Virus record (IMG/VR): IMGVR_UViG_3300026512_000004
Span: 84,653 to 122,127 of that record
Direction: 5' to 3' (one strand)
Source: a virus
Taxonomy: Duplodnaviria > Heunggongvirae > Uroviricota > Caudoviricetes
Length of the DNA stretch: 37,475 nucleotides
The notes below the pieces were generated by a model. It had not been told where the DNA came from, searched no databases, and was given only the letters and a program-made list of their open reading frames with translations. Shown in pieces: positions 18,701-23,945 of this stretch (its first letter is position 1; each line of letters starts with the position of its first letter). The position numbers were made by a program, and so were the translations under genes.

Positions 18701-19710
18701 GATAACTTAAACTGAATATTGTCAAAAACATCGTGTATCTTCTCATAAGTATCTTCAGATTTGTAGAAACCTTGTTTGTAATCGTAAGTAGTAGCCTTGT
18801 ATTTGTGATGCCACTCTTGATACCAGGCGGGAATAATACACGTATGACGCTCTATAGCCTTGAGCAATTCTAGTTGTATCTGGTCACCAATAGAAAGTTG
18901 ACCCTGTGAAGTTGCTTGTTGTATATACGGATCTAATTTGTTAGCTATAGAATAACGTGACACATCTACAGAATCTTGACCACGTAGTTTGGCAATCCTA
19001 CGTGCTTTCCAGATAGAAAGACCCATCTGCATAGCCATTATAGGTAACATAAAACCTAAGCTACTAGACATAAACGGACCAACATGAGGAATACGTGCAA
19101 TACCGCCTAAAAGACCCTTCCAGGCGCCACCAAGACCAACCATATTTAGAGCGTTGTTGAACAAAGACATCATAGGATTACCAATCCCAGCCATCCAAAT
19201 ACTGTGAGGACGATGAACACCAAACGTAGTTAAAAGATTGCCAATTGTGTGATGTCCTGTCGCCCTAAGTAAACCACCTAAGACCTGAGCTTGAAAAAAC
19301 GGTCCGCGCACCAAATAATCAAGTAAACTCACAGTATTCATGTATTTCTCAATAACACCTGGAGCACCCATCTGAGCCAATTCCTGACGCTGATAGATAG
19401 GCTTAAAAGTGCGGCGAACATTAGAGAACCCTTTAAGCACAAGATAAGGAGCAACAATAGAAGCGCCTAAAGCAGCCTCTTTGGTAGCATCTTGTGCAGA
19501 TTTAAGCATCGCCTCACCAAACCCACGCATATAACGAGCACCCATAGTTACCCAAGTGAATCCAGGAATACGGCGAGCAACAGCTGCATAACGACGCATA
19601 TATGTTTCATAAGCTTGTCTGGCTTCTTGTTGAGCAGCTACTCGTTCACCAGGAGTTAACGATTGTAAATATGTCATATTGCGGAGTTGTTGATATTGCT
19701 GAGGAAGCAT
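15772..19710 (-). CDS. Tape measure / hub-like protein with a GH108 muramidase domain
   Basis: 1312 aa, helical and Gly/Ala-hydrophobic. Contains the KKIPILSAIAG...GDFSGAALEFGSGLASTVPGYGTVASIGLDAAL motif, then KEGLLSADSDDPGGMTFMGI...FDTAVNMG...YLHGWLTR. Confidence 0.8.
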   Translation of the reverse strand: MLPQQYQQLRNMTYLQSLTPGERVAAQQEARQAYETYMRRYAAVARRIPGFTWVTMGARYMRGFGEAMLKSAQDATKEAALGASIVAPYLVLKGFSNVRRTFKPIYQRQELAQMGAPGVIEKYMNTVSLLDYLVRGPFFQAQVLGGLLRATGHHTIGNLLTTFGVHRPHSIWMAGIGNPMMSLFNNALNMVGLGGAWKGLLGGIARIPHVGPFMSSSLGFMLPIMAMQMGLSIWKARRIAKLRGQDSVDVSRYSIANKLDPYIQQATSQGQLSIGDQIQLELLKAIERHTCIIPAWYQEWHHKYKATTYDYKQGFYKSEDTYEKIHDVFDNIQFKLSELINKFDPFSQLMTFLLTGRTPRRTLEILRQIRGEDRKELEKRRLALGVSYSQFRLMSTSGPQLVASVPDAAKQLTLLTASYDLQRFILAELTSIRRYGFGLRSTIAYQPEERKSILGRLLSGIQSIIDSIPGLSALVNVATVAVKGVRTIHRAIQAIPRTGDILREGLVKLRDKLFGEFSVLVKDRKLLLEKAGLALTQEKVRESAFTFLGKYYPQIMQEIVQLEYRKVGLLEEIAESTGEVADFLLKNRGLRERRERIRERYERVVEKKSLVWDPLTGRYLTQKEVQQVYQQRKERLYNILQKAFRSSPLGQLTSFFSGRPKINETFISQLAYSTLSHQQEIPLSLFQHTRAPLLTVQRVTSRAKQALLSRLEEERKEEREKKTEEYRERQLSLLERVVDELDKLNSLVKRQARQKPKEVKNLITSIADKFGGMFKGAFSFFAGAVASQIAGLLGKVFSKLGGFIGKIFKVPDFLKKPKVSVKPSGVIDFAKSALQKGRKLLSKIGLDELLEKGAKYLPKVGLKSLAKKIPILSAIAGTIFAAKRLLSGDFSGAALEFGSGLASTVPGYGTVASIGLDAALIAHDLKRQDVSGIVEVAQNNASNYGSDFAKAFSFVISKEGLLSADSDDPGGMTFMGISRRSYPDWEGWRFVDKHDFKTAASLVPRFYYEKFWKPLSLDKVPNSRIRLYIFDTAVNMGIPTAKRLVAKALGVLGVKKENIKEGLQVVRERGLEGKFLTHLHNLRVSRYEYIAKVRRGAKKYLHGWLTRAEQAYHSIDNSVFKRKPEEPLDAWHARVIAHHREQQRAENILAIALRHASPIAERYGIPEDVLKIYLTKSKEAQKILQSAYEQYGGLRGVPFGVIQAAIRLRKRYDRVHNWEKVLPDVPVQEYRVTVRRPVELDTTATRVERVVHRRFEQDVRRNEQILPPLPPTANTLTSSIAPEQEQLSEFDRELLETYPNLFVQRSLTYIVS

Positions 19711-19713
19711 TGG

Positions 19714-20451
19714 TTACGTTACAATTATATAGCGCAAGTCTTGTTCATCATCAACATCATAAATAATCTCAGGTAAATCATGTAAATGTTGTTCACCAGT
19801 TTTTGGCTTATCTTTTACAACAACAGGTGTTCTAGATAACGTTTCAGCTAACTGGTTGGAAACGGTTACATCTACTACACTTATTAACTTACTATACCAC
19901 ATCTTACGAGCATATGCACAAAAACACGCTGCCATAAACAAGTCGGATTTATATCCTTTTGGTATTTCAATATTGCCCTGATTATTACGACGAGCATTAA
20001 GCAACTGATTTTTCAAGTCTTGAGAACGTATAATAGACGGGTTGTCACAAACGTGTTGGTAAAAGAGACTAGTCATAATGCCCTTTGTTTGACCGGTAGT
20101 TTGAACTCCATAGATACGTTCACCACGTTTCTCTTCGTAGTAAAGAAGAGGTTCAAATTCGGGGTCATCTTGAAACGACTCTACGACAGCTTGACCTATA
20201 GAATTACGCTCTATAGCTATTACAATATTGTCTCCAACTTGACTTCTTAGCCAAGAAACAGCATTCTTAGCAAGTTCTGCAAACTTGTGTAAAGATCCAA
20301 TACGTCCAAAAGCTTCTGCTACTTGTTTAAATTCACGGAAAGTAAACACTTCTATGGCACAAAGCGCACCGTTGACAGAAGCAGCTGTGTCAATACCGAC
20401 GATATAATAGTCAGTAGGATCAAAACTATCCTCAAAAACAGCTAAGCGCAT
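19714..20451 (-). CDS. Terminase large subunit, C-terminal RNase H-fold nuclease half
   Basis: YYIVGIDTA (first Asp), IAIERNSIGQAV, GVQTTGQTK, KSDLFMA. Confidence 0.9.
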   Translation of the reverse strand: MRLAVFEDSFDPTDYYIVGIDTAASVNGALCAIEVFTFREFKQVAEAFGRIGSLHKFAELAKNAVSWLRSQVGDNIVIAIERNSIGQAVVESFQDDPEFEPLLYYEEKRGERIYGVQTTGQTKGIMTSLFYQHVCDNPSIIRSQDLKNQLLNARRNNQGNIEIPKGYKSDLFMAACFCAYARKMWYSKLISVVDVTVSNQLAETLSRTPVVVKDKPKTGEQHLHDLPEIIYDVDDEQDLRYIIVT

Positions 20452-20477
20452 ACTATAGATATTTGTATCTAAATAAC

Positions 20478-20638
20478 ATCCCTGCGGCCCTCAAGACTGG
20501 TGGCCCGGCACCGGTCTGACCTGGAAAACCGGGATTCCAGGTCAAGAGGGTTACCCGTTACCACACCAACTATCTAAACACGTAGGGCGGTTGTAAAAAT
20601 CGTGTGGTAACGGGGGACGCAGGGATCTTTTTGTTTTT
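20478..20638 (+). ncRNA. Candidate structured non-coding RNA (149 nt plus U-rich tail) with kissing-loop potential
   Basis: Stems P1 20478-86/20618-26 (9 bp), P2 20487-92/20546-51, P3 20494-502/20509-17, P4 20518-26/20535-43 and P5 20554-66/20602-14 (13 bp). Non-Watson-Crick positions are G-U on the + strand; followed by CTTTTTGTTTTT. Confidence 0.75.
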
Positions 20639-20715
20639 ATAATCTGATGCTACTATAATTTCTTTTCGAAAAATATCGGTACAGAAATCGACCCAAACTA
20701 GTTAACTCTTTTTCG

Positions 20716-21702
20716 CTACGTTTCAACTTCACTCAAATTCACATAAAACTTCGGACTTTCGGGTTTTATTGCTTTCAAAACATCATCAGGAAATACACAC
20801 TCAGTAGACGCTCTAAACTCTAAATCTAACTCCTGAGCAATAGCACGCTCGTCCCAGTTTAACTCACGACACTGTTCTAAATACCACTGTTCGTCTTTCT
20901 CAGGATCTTCAGACCAATGATATTTAATGCGGATAAAACCATTCTTCAACTCAGAAGAAACAGCCTCCTGATACGCTTGCATGTAGTCAGGGCGTAATAA
21001 ATCACTATCACCTGCAAATACGTAAGAATCGTCAATTGCATTTTCCCACATCTGATAAAACCACTTACCAGTACCTTCTACACCATTAGGCGTTGAAGAC
21101 AAGAGAATAAAATAAGGATAGTTGTAATGTTTAGCTTGTTCTCTGGCACGAGAAAGTGCAGGTTGCGCCGCAGTATAAGCTTCATGAATTCCACGAATAA
21201 AAGCAGCCTCATCTATATAAAGAACAGTACCAGTTAAACCACGTGCTAATTGTTCAGGCGGTGTATTAGAAGAAGGGTAAAAAATGGAGAGACGTGATCC
21301 ATGAGCAAAATCAATATAGTGTTTGATGTTAGGGTCGGATTTTAGAGGTATCTTTAACCACGGCGGTAAGTGATTATAGGCAAATTTAACCTTCTCTATG
21401 TTGTCGTATGCAGTTGACTTACGGTAATTAATAATAACAGCAAGAGTACCAGGATAGAAAAGACATGCCCATAAGAGTAAACCCGCCGCTATAGTAGATT
21501 TGCCCAATTGACGTGAAGCCATTAGAATAACACGGTGAAAAATAAGACATGCTCGTACTGTTCGTCTAAGCTTAGTATGCATTAGAGACAAATCATAACG
21601 TCGTGGATGATAAAGTTCACTAAAGTGAAAGTAGTTGTTTATAAAGTAGAAAGGCGATTTGCGACACTTATACCACTCAAGAAGAATTTGCTTTTTGTCC
21701 AT
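20716..21702 (-). CDS. Terminase large subunit, N-terminal ATPase half
   Basis: EWYKCRKSPFYFINNY, Walker A ASRQLGKST, Walker B VLYIDEAAF, motif III LSSTPNG, AQELDLEF; stops at TAG before the nuclease domain. Confidence 0.92.
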   Translation of the reverse strand: MDKKQILLEWYKCRKSPFYFINNYFHFSELYHPRRYDLSLMHTKLRRTVRACLIFHRVILMASRQLGKSTIAAGLLLWACLFYPGTLAVIINYRKSTAYDNIEKVKFAYNHLPPWLKIPLKSDPNIKHYIDFAHGSRLSIFYPSSNTPPEQLARGLTGTVLYIDEAAFIRGIHEAYTAAQPALSRAREQAKHYNYPYFILLSSTPNGVEGTGKWFYQMWENAIDDSYVFAGDSDLLRPDYMQAYQEAVSSELKNGFIRIKYHWSEDPEKDEQWYLEQCRELNWDERAIAQELDLEFRASTECVFPDDVLKAIKPESPKFYVNLSEVET

Positions 21703-21767
21703 AAGTCTTAACCGTGTGACTTTTGTTCCACGGATATTTCTTCCTCATACAAGAATAGAAGTAGCAA

Positions 21768-22079
21768 CTAATCGTTAAACTCTTTCTCAAGGTCCTCAAG
21801 TTTGCGAATATTTTCAGCATACTTAGTCAATTCATCAGGATTAACGCCTTTTCTTTCCAACTCCTGATGTAGTTTACCAACTTCTTGTCTCAATTTTTCA
21901 TACTCACGAAACTTCTCTTTCATCTCCGCTTTACCAGCTCTATGACCAAAATAAGATCCGCCTAAGAATCCTGCAACACCGCCTAAAGTCATACCTGTTT
22001 TTAATGTAGAACCTTGTGGAGCATAAGTTATTGTTTGACCCGATGTCTGTTCAATAAGTAGCTTATAAACCTGAAACAT
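21768..22079 (-). CDS. Glycine-zipper small protein, putative internal head protein
   Basis: MFQVYKLLIE leader, TGMTLGGVAGFLGGSYFG segment, charged coiled-coil tail. Confidence 0.6.
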   Translation of the reverse strand: MFQVYKLLIEQTSGQTITYAPQGSTLKTGMTLGGVAGFLGGSYFGHRAGKAEMKEKFREYEKLRQEVGKLHQELERKGVNPDELTKYAENIRKLEDLEKEFND

Positions 22080-22103
22080 ACAGATATTTCCTTTAAAGGT
22101 CCT

Positions 22104-22688
22104 ATGTTTAGAAAAATTGTTCTTATTACACTTATAACGATAACAACTTTTCTATTAGGTGTTGGTACAGGCATTTTATACTACGTACATACATATAAGC
22201 CTAAAATTATCAGAACAGTATGTGCGACAAACAAAAAATCCAAAAAGGATGTGGAGGAAAAACTATACAAAACAGCACTAAAATACGCACATATATCAGT
22301 CACAGAAGACATGGTTAAACAAATAGTTCACGAATGTTTAAAATACCGAGAAGGTAAACTCTTGCTAGCAATGGCTATTGTGGAAACAAATCTACGACCT
22401 TGGATGATTAACGGTGCAAGAAAATACGAAAATCAAGCGTGGGGACTATTACAAATCAAACCGTATTTATGGAAAGACAAATTGATTAAACAAGGGATAA
22501 TTAGTAAACCAAGAGATTTATTCGACTTCAAAAAGAATATTGCTGCTGCTCATTATATATTAAAAGAAATGTACAATCGTGCTGGTAACTGGTACGACGC
22601 ATTGTACCTATACTGTGGAAAATCTAGAAAATATGCTAACAAAGTTTTACGTATCTATGGAGAATTAACCATAACACTGGACAATTAG
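22104..22688 (+). CDS. Lytic transglycosylase (SLT family) with N-terminal transmembrane anchor
   Basis: AMAIVETN (catalytic Glu), AWGLLQIKP, KKNIAAAHYIL, ALYLYCG; hydrophobic residues 5-26. Confidence 0.85.
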   Translation: MFRKIVLITLITITTFLLGVGTGILYYVHTYKPKIIRTVCATNKKSKKDVEEKLYKTALKYAHISVTEDMVKQIVHECLKYREGKLLLAMAIVETNLRPWMINGARKYENQAWGLLQIKPYLWKDKLIKQGIISKPRDLFDFKKNIAAAHYILKEMYNRAGNWYDALYLYCGKSRKYANKVLRIYGELTITLDN

Positions 22689-22696
22689 ACAGAAGA

Positions 22697-22726
22697 TGCG
22701 GGACCAAAACGTCCCGCACTCTTTTT
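22697..22726 (+). terminator. Intrinsic terminator after the transglycosylase gene
   Basis: TGCGGGAC-CAAAAC-GTCCCGCA perfect 8-bp stem followed by CTCTTTTT. Confidence 0.85.
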
Positions 22727-22729
22727 GGC

Positions 22730-22936
22730 TTATTGTTTACAACATTCCTCAAGTTGTAGTATATAATGTAACAGTTCAGCTGTATCTTCTTTATCCAAAC
22801 AAATACCGCCCTTATCGTTCTGCCAAGGGTGCAGAATAGGTTTAGCTGGAAGTACCGGTGTTGGTCTCGGTCTTGCGCAACTCACTACCAAAATACTCAG
22901 CAAACTCATGAGCAGGATCTTCACGTATCTGCTCAT
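22730..22936 (-). CDS. Outer-membrane spanin (Rz1-like lipoprotein)
   Basis: Revised start MSRYVKILLMSLLSILVVSC with GGAGG RBS, lipobox Cys, Pro-rich RPRPTPVLPAKP and extra cysteines; starts inside the upstream ORF. Confidence 0.8.
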   Translation of the reverse strand: MSRYVKILLMSLLSILVVSCARPRPTPVLPAKPILHPWQNDKGGICLDKEDTAELLHYILQLEECCKQ

Positions 22937-23039
22937 ATCGCTCCTCCAACTTGTGTTCCCTGTACCACTGGTACGCCTTCCCGAGAATATCACTTAATCT
23001 GATCAAAAGTGTCGCTATAGCAGAGATGTTGCTAAACAT
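22842..23039 (-). CDS. Putative inner-membrane spanin (Rz-like), very short
   Basis: Revised start MFSNISAIATLLIRLSDILG then a charged helix; overlaps the lipoprotein gene in another frame. Confidence 0.55.
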   Translation of the reverse strand: MFSNISAIATLLIRLSDILGKAYQWYREHKLEERYEQIREDPAHEFAEYFGSELRKTETNTGTSS

Positions 23040-23043
23040 CGCC

Positions 23044-23217
23044 TTACTTCTTAGAAAGGTCAACAACTACTTTATTCTCTATACCAAGTGACTTCACTAC
23101 TTCTTCGACGATTTCAAGTATTTCCTTAACTGTAATCTTTTTATCCTCCGTTACCATGCCCAACTTAGTAACTACCGCAGTTATAATAGCCATAATTGCA
23201 GTGATGTCATACCTCAT
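23044..23217 (-). CDS. 57-aa membrane-associated protein in the lysis cassette (missed by the ORF track)
   Basis: MRYDITAIMAIITAVVTKLGMVTEDKKITVKEILEIVEEVVKSLGIENKVVVDLSKK, with an AAAGGAGG RBS. Confidence 0.7.
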   Translation of the reverse strand: MRYDITAIMAIITAVVTKLGMVTEDKKITVKEILEIVEEVVKSLGIENKVVVDLSKK

Positions 23218-23226
23218 CGTCTACAC

Positions 23227-23707
23227 CTCCTTTAAACTAGTTGTTCTCGTATTATTACTTACTATTCTTTAAGTAGAGATTGTGGAAGAAAGGTTACGAA
23301 AGCGAACCCTAAATATCAAATACGAACTACTTTTAACAGATTACTCACTAAGTACGTCGCCTTCTGGAACTGATTCAGCTACCAAATTTTCAGCATCTTC
23401 AGGTACAGGTTCAACAACAGGTTCTACCTGCTCCTCAACATGTTCAGCAGTCAAATCTTCGGCTTTCTCAGGTACTGGTTCTGTCGTCAAATCTACTACT
23501 TTTTCTTTACGTTTTTTGTGATGCTTTCTACTATGATGTTTTTTATGATGATGTTTTTTCTTTTTAGATGTTTCAGATAACAACTGTTTCTCAGTAAAAT
23601 ACAGTACTCGATTACATGCTGTACAAATATACCTACCGTCTAACTGCTTTAATGGTCCAAAACAGAAAGGACACTTCATATAACCACTCCTTTAAACTAA
23701 TTGTTCT
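23227..23707 (-). repeat. Two 21-nt near-identical upstream elements (23227-23247 and 23687-23707)
   Basis: Minus strand AGAACAACTAGTTTAAAGGAG versus AGAACAATTAGTTTAAAGGAG, 20/21 identical, each ending in the RBS. Confidence 0.8.
23341..23679 (-). CDS. Zinc-ribbon protein with Lys/His-rich and acidic repeat tail
   Basis: CPFC...CTAC, KKKKHHHKKHHSRKHHKKRKEK, repeated EPVPE(K/D)AE(D/N)L(T/V)AE; AAAGGAG RBS. Confidence 0.75.
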   Translation of the reverse strand: MKCPFCFGPLKQLDGRYICTACNRVLYFTEKQLLSETSKKKKHHHKKHHSRKHHKKRKEKVVDLTTEPVPEKAEDLTAEHVEEQVEPVVEPVPEDAENLVAESVPEGDVLSE

Positions 23708-23709
23708 TC

Positions 23710-23928
23710 TTACTTAATTATTTTGTCCGCTTTCAATCTACCATAAATAGCAGTTATGGCACCAACTATAGCCACTACTGCTGACACTATGTTTTGCACA
23801 TTATTGACTACTACTTGCTGTGTCTCTGTAGAAACAGTATGGCCACTTATAATACTATAAAGAGTCGCAAGAATAGATATGATAGCACCCCAAATCGTCT
23901 TACTCTGATACCACTTTTTAGCATCCAT
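23710..23928 (-). CDS. Holin
   Basis: KKWYQSKTIWG start, two hydrophobic helices, IYGRLKA basic end; AAAGGAGG RBS. Confidence 0.8.
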   Translation of the reverse strand: MDAKKWYQSKTIWGAIISILATLYSIISGHTVSTETQQVVVNNVQNIVSAVVAIVGAITAIYGRLKADKIIK

Positions 23929-23945
23929 ATTATCACCTCCTTTTA

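Noticed and set aside
20644-20672. Hammerhead-like CTGATG...GAAA
   Set aside because: The core reads CTGATGC rather than CTGANGA, and the required stems are missing.
20452-20715. Group I or group II intron in the terminase
   Set aside because: I found no convincing P7/R-S core or domain V on the coding strand, and the G-U pairs and U-tail favour the opposite strand. A covariance-model search is needed to exclude it fully.
20452-20718. Stop-codon readthrough or TAG recoding joining the terminase halves
   Set aside because: The frame is shared, but the gap contains TAA and two TGA as well as TAGs, and TAG ends other genes normally.
20716-20800. Split intein (CVFPDD resembles intein block A)
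   Set aside because: The segment matches the native terminase linker, is far too short for an N-intein, and the second ORF has no His-Asn followed by Cys/Ser/Thr.
21690-21750. 23-codon ORF (MRKKYPWNKS...) and an upstream GTG before the terminase ATPase
   Set aside because: The GTG is out of frame with the terminase, and the mini-ORF has no RBS or other support.
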